From an uncultured Gemmatimonadales bacterium (lineage in GTDB: Bacteria > Gemmatimonadota > Gemmatimonadetes > Gemmatimonadales > GWC2-71-9): 64,000 nt of DNA. Below, one piece after another: positions 37,206-44,515 of the stretch. How positions within the stretch are numbered: the first letter of the stretch is position 1; each line of letters opens with the position of its first letter. The translations under genes were made by a program, and so were the position numbers. The notes beneath the pieces were generated by a model. It made no database searches. It worked only from the letters and a program-made list of their open reading frames with translations, and was not told the origin of the DNA. The stretch is from contig CAMYLY010000003.1 in assembly GCA_947259405.1 (NCBI GenBank), positions 123,833-187,832 on the forward strand, in the 5' to 3' direction.

Positions 37206-39437
37206 TCAGTTGTTCTCTCCTTCCGTCGCGATCTTTCCCTCGTCCCCTTTCTCGAAATGCTCCGCATACCATCCGATGATCCGACTCCAGTGGTCGTGGA
37301 AGTCTTCCACGGTACTGGACCGGCCGGCGCCGTGACCGGCGTTCATGTAGTGTACCCAGACGACGTCTTTCCCCAGCCGGCGTAGCGCGTAGTACATCTC
37401 GCGTTGGTTCGTGGCGGGAACGTTCCAATCACCTTCGCCACTCAGCATGAGTAAGGGTGTCTCAATGCGATCTGCGTAGAGGATGGCCGTATGCGCGAGG
37501 TACTTCTGCGGCTGCTGCCAAAGCGTTGCACCCAGGCGGTCCTGGCCTTCTTCCGCGGCGCGGTAATTCCGCGTCGTGATCTTGGGTGAATCGCCGAGGA
37601 AGCTGATGATGTTGACCTTGCCCGAAATGTTGATCGCGGCGGCAAACCGGTCGGTTTGGGTGATCAAGAGATTGGTCGCGTACCCACCGTAACTCGTGCC
37701 GTGGACGCCGAGCTTATCGGGGTCGACGAGGCCGCGGTCGATCACCTTGTTGATCCCGGCGGTGACGCCCTTCAGCCAGCCCTCGCCGGGAAATCCGATC
37801 TCGAGATTCGCGGATGGTCGGAACCCGAAGAATCCCGCGTTGGCCAACAGGTTCATCCGATGGTTGAACCCGTTGTCGAAGAACTCCTCGTAGATCTCTG
37901 CTACGAGAGGGTATCGCGTACCGGGCTCGTAGTCGACCGGGTAGTAGAGAATGCCGTGCAACGTGTTGCCATCGACGTCTAAGTACTCGACCAGCTCGCT
38001 GCGCGTCATTTTGCGCGCTGCCAACCACGGATTGAGATCCGTCAGCCGAGTGGTGGTGGCGAAATCAGTATCGGCGACGTACAAGTCCGCTGGACGGTCT
38101 CCGCTCGACATCGTGTAGAAGACGTGCTCGCCGTTCTCCGAGAATCGCCAGTTACGGTAGAGATTGGCGTCCTTCACGAGGTCGGCGCTGCGCTTCGCTT
38201 CGAGATCGTACCGCACGAGACCGCGTTCCCAACGGTCTCGCGCCGAATAGGCCATGAACAACCCCTGCCCGTCACGGCTCCACCCGTTCACCGTGAGGCG
38301 TGGACCTTCGTCGTCGTCCTCGTCCTCCGAGAGCTCGTAGACCAGCTCCATTTCGGCCGATCGAACGTCAAGGACGTGATACCCTTTCTGCGATCGAACG
38401 AGAACCGCCCCGTCGTCCGGCCGCCAGCGCATCATCGTGTACCGCAGCTTGGTGGAATCGTCGTCACTGATCGGGGTCCGGTAATCTTCGGTGAGGTTCC
38501 GTGGCTCGCTGTCATCGAACCCACGCACGAACACGTCGCCCTCTTGCGCGTATGCAAAAGCATTGCCGCGTTCATTCCATGACGGGTTGACCCGATCTTC
38601 GTCCTTTTCGGTGAGGATCCGCGTCTCACCGGACTGCAAGTCGAACGCCAGCACCTCGTACTCGGTGCCCTTGCCGCGTTCGTACGATGTCTTGAGTGGC
38701 GTCGATTGCGTGTAGCTCACGAAACGGCCGTCGTCCGATTGTGAGAATCCGGTGTAACGGCCCTCGGGCAGCAATTCTCGCACTTCCCGCGAATCGGGGT
38801 CGACGATGGCGGGAATCATGAGCTGCCCGCGACTCCGCACCGCGTCCCAGGCGAGGAAGTCGTTTCGCGAATCCTGCACGATGATGGGTCCAAACGACAG
38901 CGCTCTGTAGGCCTCGCGGGCGGCCTCAGTCCACCCACTGTCGCGAAGGCCGAGCAACAGCCCGCTTCCGTCCGGTCGCCATTCCAGTGGAGAGTTGGAC
39001 GCGATCTGCTTGTTGGTTCGCAGGTCCACGCGTCGTGTTCGGTTGCGCTCGCGGTCGTGCGTGTACAGGACGTACTGGTCCCCGTCACGGAGGAAGAACG
39101 CCACCATGGTCCCGTCTGGTGACCAACGCGCGTTTCGAATCTGCACTCGACGGTCGAACACCAAATGGGACCGTGCCGTGGCGGTCTCGATCACGATCAG
39201 CTCACCCGTCGACGGCGAGATGTACGTCGGGTCTCCGAAACGCATGTGATCGACGTTCTTGCGGTCGCGCTGTGTCCACAGGGTTGCCACCACGTACGCG
39301 CCGTCATCGGAAACATCTTGCGCCGAGATGTTGACCACGTTGAGCGCGTCTTCGGTGGTGAAGGGCTGGAGCGTCTGTGCATCGGCGCCTGCTGCCAAGC
39401 TCCCGACGAGTGTTAGGGCGACCACGATACGGCGCAT
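37206..39437 (-). CDS. Secreted S9-family serine peptidase (prolyl oligopeptidase/DPP-like) with N-terminal beta-propeller
   Basis: 743 aa. It has a signal peptide (MRRIVVALTLVGSLAAGADAQ) and propeller repeats (WSPDGTMVAF, WRPDGSGLLL). The nucleophile motif is GVHGTSYGGYAT. The C-terminus contains GEGDWNVP and NAGHGAG. Confidence 0.9.
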   Translation of the reverse strand: MRRIVVALTLVGSLAAGADAQTLQPFTTEDALNVVNISAQDVSDDGAYVVATLWTQRDRKNVDHMRFGDPTYISPSTGELIVIETATARSHLVFDRRVQIRNARWSPDGTMVAFFLRDGDQYVLYTHDRERNRTRRVDLRTNKQIASNSPLEWRPDGSGLLLGLRDSGWTEAAREAYRALSFGPIIVQDSRNDFLAWDAVRSRGQLMIPAIVDPDSREVRELLPEGRYTGFSQSDDGRFVSYTQSTPLKTSYERGKGTEYEVLAFDLQSGETRILTEKDEDRVNPSWNERGNAFAYAQEGDVFVRGFDDSEPRNLTEDYRTPISDDDSTKLRYTMMRWRPDDGAVLVRSQKGYHVLDVRSAEMELVYELSEDEDDDEGPRLTVNGWSRDGQGLFMAYSARDRWERGLVRYDLEAKRSADLVKDANLYRNWRFSENGEHVFYTMSSGDRPADLYVADTDFATTTRLTDLNPWLAARKMTRSELVEYLDVDGNTLHGILYYPVDYEPGTRYPLVAEIYEEFFDNGFNHRMNLLANAGFFGFRPSANLEIGFPGEGWLKGVTAGINKVIDRGLVDPDKLGVHGTSYGGYATNLLITQTDRFAAAINISGKVNIISFLGDSPKITTRNYRAAEEGQDRLGATLWQQPQKYLAHTAILYADRIETPLLMLSGEGDWNVPATNQREMYYALRRLGKDVVWVHYMNAGHGAGRSSTVEDFHDHWSRIIGWYAEHFEKGDEGKIATEGENN

Positions 39438-39449
39438 GTCCGACTCCTA

Positions 39450-39573
39450 GTGAGCGATAAGCGGTAAGCCGTAATCAGTGGCAGTGCGTGGTGCGTCGCG
39501 ACGACGATTCAACGTGCAGGCTTCCCGCACCCTGCACTCTCTCCCCACGCACGGCTCACCGCTCACTGCTCAC
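39450..39573 (-). other. Nested RNA-structure element made of GTGAGCG-type heptamers between two co-directional genes
   Basis: The outer arms are 39551-39573 and 39450-39472 (23 nt each). In the minus-sense RNA, 22 of 23 positions pair, including three G-U pairs that would be A/C mismatches on the other strand. The inner perfect 7-bp hairpin is GTGCAGG (39514-39520) with CCTGCAC (39531-39537). The 5' arm overlaps the last codons and stop of the amidohydrolase gene. The 3' arm ends next to the AGGAG SD of the S9 peptidase gene. Confidence 0.5.
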
Positions 39574-40782
39574 GTTCTTGTACACCTTCCCATCCTTCAT
39601 CACAAACACCACGCGGCGCAGGGCCGTGATGTCCTCCGCCGGGTTTCCTTGCATGGCGATGAGGTCGGCCCGGAAGCCGGGTGCCAGTGTGCCGATTTCG
39701 TCCTGCATGCCGAGTGAGGCTGCGGCAAGTGACGTCGCCGAGACGACGGCGGCCATGGGGTCCTGCCCGCCGGTTTGTACACGGTAGATCAGCTCTTCCC
39801 AGTTGTCCCCGTGGCTTCCGGCGAGGGCATCCGTACCGAAGATGATCTTCAAGGCGGGTCGTTGCAGTGCGTTCTTGAAGATCTCGAGCATCGTCGGAAC
39901 GAGCCGTTCCATGTGGGCGAACCCTTCTTCGGTGTAGTTCCCAACCCCTAGGAAACGCGGCTTGTTGTCGAAGTAGTTCTGTAACACGAGGTGCGTATGC
40001 GGATCGTAGAACGTCCCGGCCGATGCCATGAGATCGAGTGCCTCGTCGTTGGCGAGGCCGCCGTGCTCGATAGTCGTACACCCAGCGCGGACAGCGCTGA
40101 CGATCGCTTCGGCCGCATGGGCGTGGATGACCGACCGCACGCCGTGCGCTGAGGCTTCGCCGCACGCGGCGCGCAGTTGCGCTTCCGATAGCGTGGGTAC
40201 GCCGCCTTCACGGATGCTGCGGGAGGCGAAGATCTTCACGAGATCGGCACCGGCTTCGATACGTTCGCGCACGGTCGCGCGGAGGTGCTGCTCGCTGCCC
40301 GCGGTCACCCATTCGTACGACGTCAGCAACCGTGGACCAGGGAGAACGCCCCGAGCGATCGCGTCGCGGATGTGCCGGTCGACGCGCGCCCCCAGACTTT
40401 GCATGGTCGTGATCCCTGCCATCAACGTGACGTAGGCGTTCTCGGCGACGTAGAGAATCAGATCCTGCGGTGTCTCGTCACTCTCGTCCCGCGCGCGGTG
40501 CACGCGCCCGTCGATCACGTCGAAGTGCGAGGCAATGTGGACGTGCGTGTCGATACCGCCCGGCATGATAGTCAGGTTCGAGAGGTCGTAGGTTGGAGTT
40601 GTCGCCGCCGCGTCGGAAATGCGTGCAATGGTGGAACCTTGGATGACGATCGTAGTGGGCCCCAGCGCGGCGCCGGTCCCGTCGAGGAGTTGTCCCGCGC
40701 GGATCGTGATTGGTGTTTCCTGTGCCATTAGGATGCATGGGAGCAGTGCAGCGGCCGACAGGGCGAGGAGCGTCTTCGACAT
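39556..40782 (-). CDS. Secreted metal-dependent amidohydrolase (imidazolonepropionase/Xaa-Pro-dipeptidase-like)
   Basis: 408 aa. It has a signal peptide (MSKTLLALSAAALLPCILMAQE) and contains GGIDTHVHI, SVIHAHA and FGTDA, then the C-terminus GFRADLIAMQGNP. Confidence 0.85.
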   Translation of the reverse strand: MSKTLLALSAAALLPCILMAQETPITIRAGQLLDGTGAALGPTTIVIQGSTIARISDAAATTPTYDLSNLTIMPGGIDTHVHIASHFDVIDGRVHRARDESDETPQDLILYVAENAYVTLMAGITTMQSLGARVDRHIRDAIARGVLPGPRLLTSYEWVTAGSEQHLRATVRERIEAGADLVKIFASRSIREGGVPTLSEAQLRAACGEASAHGVRSVIHAHAAEAIVSAVRAGCTTIEHGGLANDEALDLMASAGTFYDPHTHLVLQNYFDNKPRFLGVGNYTEEGFAHMERLVPTMLEIFKNALQRPALKIIFGTDALAGSHGDNWEELIYRVQTGGQDPMAAVVSATSLAAASLGMQDEIGTLAPGFRADLIAMQGNPAEDITALRRVVFVMKDGKVYKNVSSER

Positions 40783-41017
40783 GGATATCTCCGGGGGTTG
40801 GCGGTGATATACGGTCCCGCAGGGACCTTGTCTAGGACATGGCTACCGTATTTGAGCCTCTTCTACTACTTTAGTCCGCGTCGTCCAACATGACGACATG
40901 TTGAGCGCCGCATAGGGCGGCACCCGGCGCGGGGGCGTGTCCGCGCAGCATGTTTGGTGTAGTCGGTGGGAGGACTTCCGATCTCCGACGAACATCAGCA
41001 ACACCCGAGGAGCAGGT

Positions 41018-41230
41018 ATGCCTTCTACCGGCAAGGTCAAGTGGTTCAACGATCAGAAGGGCTTCGGATTCATCACCCCAGACAACGGCGAGCGCGATTG
41101 CTTCGTGCATTTCTCAGCCATCGAGGGCTCGGGCTTCAAGTCTCTCAGGGAGGGGGAAGCTGTGGAGTTCGAGGTTGTCGACGGCGAGAAGGGCCCGGCT
41201 GCCCAGGCCGTGCGGAAGCTCGAAGCCTAG
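41018..41230 (+). CDS. csp: Cold-shock protein (CspA family)
   Basis: Trimmed to the ATG at 41018, preceded by GAGGAGCAGG. The product is [35 protein letters not shown]... with RNP1/RNP2 motifs. Confidence 0.95.
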   Translation: MPSTGKVKWFNDQKGFGFITPDNGERDCFVHFSAIEGSGFKSLREGEAVEFEVVDGEKGPAAQAVRKLEA

Positions 41231-41257
41231 GCCACTGCCTTGAAACTGTCGGCTGAA

Positions 41258-41297
41258 AGAAGAGGCCGCCCGCATCGGGCGGCCTCTTCTCTTGTTA
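41258..41297. terminator. Strong bidirectional Rho-independent terminator
   Basis: AGAAGAGGCCGCCCG-CAT-CGGGCGGCCTCTTCT is a ~14-bp perfect stem. It is followed by CTTGTTATT on the plus strand and preceded by an A-rich run (CTGAAAGA) on the plus strand (a U-rich run in the minus-sense transcript). It lies between csp (+) and a convergent minus-strand gene. Confidence 0.8.
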
Positions 41298-41327
41298 TTG
41301 GAGCCATGCGGTTGTACGACCTCAGGG

Positions 41328-41756
41328 CTATTCCCACCAGCCGATCTCACCCTGGTGACCGCAGGCCTCGCAGGTGCGAGCACTCGGGCGGCCCCAGAGC
41401 GCCGAGCGATACGAGCAGTCCGGGCACACCACATAGCGCGCTCCCAGGTCCATGGACTTGCGAGAGGTGTCTGGGACGTATCCCACGCGGTGCACGATGC
41501 TGAAATGTCTGGGACGCCGCGGGCGGACATCGAGAATACGCCGCGGGACGTAGACCGGATCACCATACAACATCAACGCGACTCGGTCTTCGCGCTTGTC
41601 CTCCACCACGGGGTACCATGCCCCATGCCGGAGATTACGGGACTGCGGGGGCCAGTATGCCGCGAGGACACGGGCCCACGCGACTGGGCCGTCGGAGTCG
41701 GTCGTCATACGATCGGAAGATGCTGGTGCGTACGACGGAACGGTAGAGGTTCTCAA
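41328..41756 (-). CDS. Hypothetical protein with C-terminal CxxC...CxxC zinc-ribbon
   Basis: 142-aa ORF. The C-terminus is YVVCPDCSYRSALWGRPSARTCEACGHQGEIGWWE. The start is uncertain (ATG at 41756 or 41708). I recognise no family. Confidence 0.45.
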   Translation of the reverse strand: MRTSTVPSYAPASSDRMTTDSDGPVAWARVLAAYWPPQSRNLRHGAWYPVVEDKREDRVALMLYGDPVYVPRRILDVRPRRPRHFSIVHRVGYVPDTSRKSMDLGARYVVCPDCSYRSALWGRPSARTCEACGHQGEIGWWE

Positions 41757-41806
41757 GGGATTTCAAGTTGCTGAAATGGGCCCCGCAGAGGCTGTGATTT
41801 GGGTCA

Positions 41807-41851
41807 CGGATAGCGGGGATAGTAGGGATAGCTGGGAGGGTAGGTGAGACC
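41807..41851. repeat. 9-nt periodic GGGA-type tandem array in an intergenic spacer
   Basis: The units are cggatagcg gggatagta gggatagct gggagggta ggtgagacc. The plus strand matches a G4 motif: GGGG-N6-GGG-N6-GGG-N1-GGG at 41815-41840. Confidence 0.6.
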
Positions 41852-41875
41852 TTCTCTGCCCTTCGCCCTCGCTCG

Positions 41876-42886
41876 CTAGTAGTTCTCCATCCCGTCCACG
41901 GCTTGTCGGAGCTTGCGCACGCTCTCGACGACGGCGGCCGGCCGTTCTTCGAAGATGTAGAGACCTACATCAGGCACAGAATCGACGGCGAACGCGGGCA
42001 GCGCGCGACGGAGTACGTCGATTTCCTGCGTGGGAACGGATCCCGCGTGTTCGGCCGTGCCGATCATCAAGCGAACTGGGGATTGAATGCTGCCGAGGGT
42101 GGATTCCAGCGTCCACGGTTCGGTTGCTCGGCCCATCCCTTGTAACGCGTCGATGGTGGCGCCAAGGTCGCGCGCGGCGTCGTCCGTATACCCATACACC
42201 ACGTCGTCCGTGATCCACGACGGATCACCGGCCGATTCCACCATCCGTCGGTACACGATGCTGCGGAAGAGGTCTTTGCCCCCGATGATCTTGAGTGCTG
42301 GCGCGAAGCGCATCGAGCGTCGGAATCCCGAAGTCACCGCCTCCTCGGTGGGCCCGCCTCCGATCGACACGATGCCGTCGACCAAGTCCGGTCGCTGCAC
42401 TGCGAGCCGGAAGGCCATCGATGCACCAATCGAGTGCGCGATGACGATCGCGCCACCCACGCCGAGTGAATCCCCAACGGCCGCGATCCTTACAGCCTGT
42501 GCCGTGAGCGAATAATCTGCGTCTTTGGGCCGTGACGACGCGCCGATTCCCAATGGTTCCACGGCCAACACCTGGTATCCCTCTCCGACGAGGAGTGGTG
42601 TGAGCTGTCGGAATCCATAGGAGGCGCCGAAGATGCCCGGAACGAGCACGACGGGCTTGCCGGCACCAGTCACGGTAACAGCGAGCGTCTCCGCGGGCGC
42701 GACAGGGATCTTGTGAACCTGAATCGTGTCGGTGATGGCGAGGAGGCAGAGGAGCAGCACGTTGAATGCAAGCGGGTTGGGTGCGTTTGAGCAACCCTGT
42801 GGCGTGTGGGGCCGCGGCCCATTCGTCGGCGGGATCTCCCCAGGTCGCGGACTTCCGATCCGCAATCTCCAATCTGCATTCTGCAA
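41876..42886 (-). CDS. Alpha/beta-fold hydrolase
   Basis: It contains VVLVPGIFGASYGF and the nucleophile elbow VIAHSIGASMA. The 5' end is uncertain. The first ~12 codons of the ATG-42886 model are encoded by the heptamer repeat at 42862-42896 and are followed by a Pro/Gly-rich stretch. An internal GTG near 42745 (MLLLCLLAITD) is an alternative. Confidence 0.7.
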   Translation of the reverse strand: MQNADWRLRIGSPRPGEIPPTNGPRPHTPQGCSNAPNPLAFNVLLLCLLAITDTIQVHKIPVAPAETLAVTVTGAGKPVVLVPGIFGASYGFRQLTPLLVGEGYQVLAVEPLGIGASSRPKDADYSLTAQAVRIAAVGDSLGVGGAIVIAHSIGASMAFRLAVQRPDLVDGIVSIGGGPTEEAVTSGFRRSMRFAPALKIIGGKDLFRSIVYRRMVESAGDPSWITDDVVYGYTDDAARDLGATIDALQGMGRATEPWTLESTLGSIQSPVRLMIGTAEHAGSVPTQEIDVLRRALPAFAVDSVPDVGLYIFEERPAAVVESVRKLRQAVDGMENY

Positions 42887-42896
42887 TTCATTCAGC
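42862..42896. repeat. GCAATCT-type heptamer tandem array
   Basis: The units are gcaatct ccaatct gcattct gcaattc attcagc. It shares the 9-mers gcaatctcc and atctgcatt with the 54791-54826 locus. Confidence 0.6.
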
Positions 42897-42964
42897 CCGT
42901 CTTCAGGCCTGCTTTAAGCTTGGACGTCGATCTTACCTGATCCGCGACCGGCAGGGAGGCGGAG

Positions 42965-43987
42965 ATGGTGGTTGCGAACGGGGATCGCGACAAGCTCGCC
43001 GCGCTGGAGCGCCTCGGGTTCGAGCGCAGCCAGACGGCGCGCGTCGAGTCGGAAACGCTCCGGTTCGGCCTAAACAAGTGGCGTACGAAGAGTTGGCTGC
43101 CCGCCATGGGCACGCGCGTCTCGGTGACAGCGCTTGGCGCGTCGCCGGCGCGGACGGAGGAGGCAACGGGCCGCGCGATCGAGGAGATGGCGCGACTGAT
43201 CGCGCTGCTGAGCCGCTATGAACCCGGGTCCGCCCTCACCTGTCTGAACGACGCGGGCACCCTCCGTCACCCGCCCCTGGAGCTGCGGCGCGTGGTCGTC
43301 AGCTCGGCGCTCTACCACACCATGAGTCGCGGCGCGTTCGACGTGACGGTCGCGCCCATCGTCGACCTCTACCGCGCGAGCGGCGGCACGATCCCCAGCG
43401 AGGCGGCCACGCGCGAGGCCCTGCAGCTGGTCGGTCCGCGCCACATCACCATGTCCGGGCACGAACTGCGATTCGAGCGGTCCGGGATGTGGATCACGCT
43501 GGACGGGATTGCCAAAGGGTTCATTGTGGATGCCATGGCCGGCGAGCTCCAACGGCACGGTATCCGTGATTTTCTGATCGATGCGGGCGGGGATATTCGA
43601 ACGTCGGGCACCAACCAGGCGGGCGACGCTTGGCGTATTGCGGTCCGCGATCCCGCCGGCGCCGGCATCACCGGGGACACGATTCCCGCCTCGAACGCTG
43701 CAATCGCCACGTCAGGCGGGTACGAGAACTACTTCGGTGTTGACACGCATCTCCATCACATCGTCAACGGCACAACGGGTACGTCGCCGCATCGCGCGGC
43801 GAGCGTGACGATCATGGCCCCGACCGCGATGGCCGCGGATGCGCTGGCCACTGCCGCGTTCGTCATGGAGCCGTCGGGCGCGGTCGACCTCATCGAGTCG
43901 ATTCCCGGCTGTGCGTGTCTCGTCATCGATAGCGAAGGCCATCACCTACCATCTCACGGCTGGCACACCGAGGTGCAGTCATCATGA
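42965..43987 (+). CDS. apbE: FAD:protein FMN transferase (ApbE family), no signal peptide
   Basis: 340 aa with a GGGAGG SD. An in-frame stop at 42938-42940 rules out a longer N-terminus. The motifs are AMGTRVSVTA, FDVTVAPI, ITLDGIAKGFIVD, LIDAGGDI, AIATSGGYENYF and ADALATAAFV. The N-terminal 45 aa are hydrophilic. Confidence 0.9.
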   Translation: MVVANGDRDKLAALERLGFERSQTARVESETLRFGLNKWRTKSWLPAMGTRVSVTALGASPARTEEATGRAIEEMARLIALLSRYEPGSALTCLNDAGTLRHPPLELRRVVVSSALYHTMSRGAFDVTVAPIVDLYRASGGTIPSEAATREALQLVGPRHITMSGHELRFERSGMWITLDGIAKGFIVDAMAGELQRHGIRDFLIDAGGDIRTSGTNQAGDAWRIAVRDPAGAGITGDTIPASNAAIATSGGYENYFGVDTHLHHIVNGTTGTSPHRAASVTIMAPTAMAADALATAAFVMEPSGAVDLIESIPGCACLVIDSEGHHLPSHGWHTEVQSS

Positions 43988-44505
43988 CGCAAGCAGAACA
44001 TACATACACGAAGTTCCAGGCCACCGCGCTCGTCGTCCTGCAGTTGTTCATTGGCTGGCATTTCCTCTATGAAGGATTCGCCAAGCTCTTGAATCCGCAT
44101 TGGACGGCGGCGGGGTATCTCGCCGACTCGCAGTGGTGGTTCTCAGGACTGTTCGTTCGCCTGGCCGCGAGCCCCGCTGCTCTCACGGTCGTGGACTTCC
44201 TGAACGTCTGGGGACTGGTGGCCATCGGTGCGGGCCTGATGCTCGGTTTGTTGACGCGGTACGCCGCGATGGCCGGTATTGCGCTCCTGCTCCTGTACTA
44301 TGTCGCTGCTCCCCCTTTCGCCGGATACGTATACGGGGCGCCGACCGAGGGCAGCTACCTCGTGGTCAACAAGATTCTGATCGAGACAGCTGCATTGATG
44401 GTTCTCGTTGCCTTCCCCACGCGTGGCGTCTTTGGACTCGACCGATTAGTGGCGGCGTGGCGTGGCAAATCCGAAGCGCAGTCCCTCAAACAAGCAACCG
44501 CGTGA
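43984..44505 (+). CDS. DoxX-family membrane protein
   Basis: 173 aa with 4 TM helices. The N-terminal region contains LVVLQLFIGWHFLYEGFAKL. It has an ATGA overlap with the apbE stop. Confidence 0.8.
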   Translation: MTQAEHTYTKFQATALVVLQLFIGWHFLYEGFAKLLNPHWTAAGYLADSQWWFSGLFVRLAASPAALTVVDFLNVWGLVAIGAGLMLGLLTRYAAMAGIALLLLYYVAAPPFAGYVYGAPTEGSYLVVNKILIETAALMVLVAFPTRGVFGLDRLVAAWRGKSEAQSLKQATA

Positions 44506-44515
44506 GGAGTGAACG

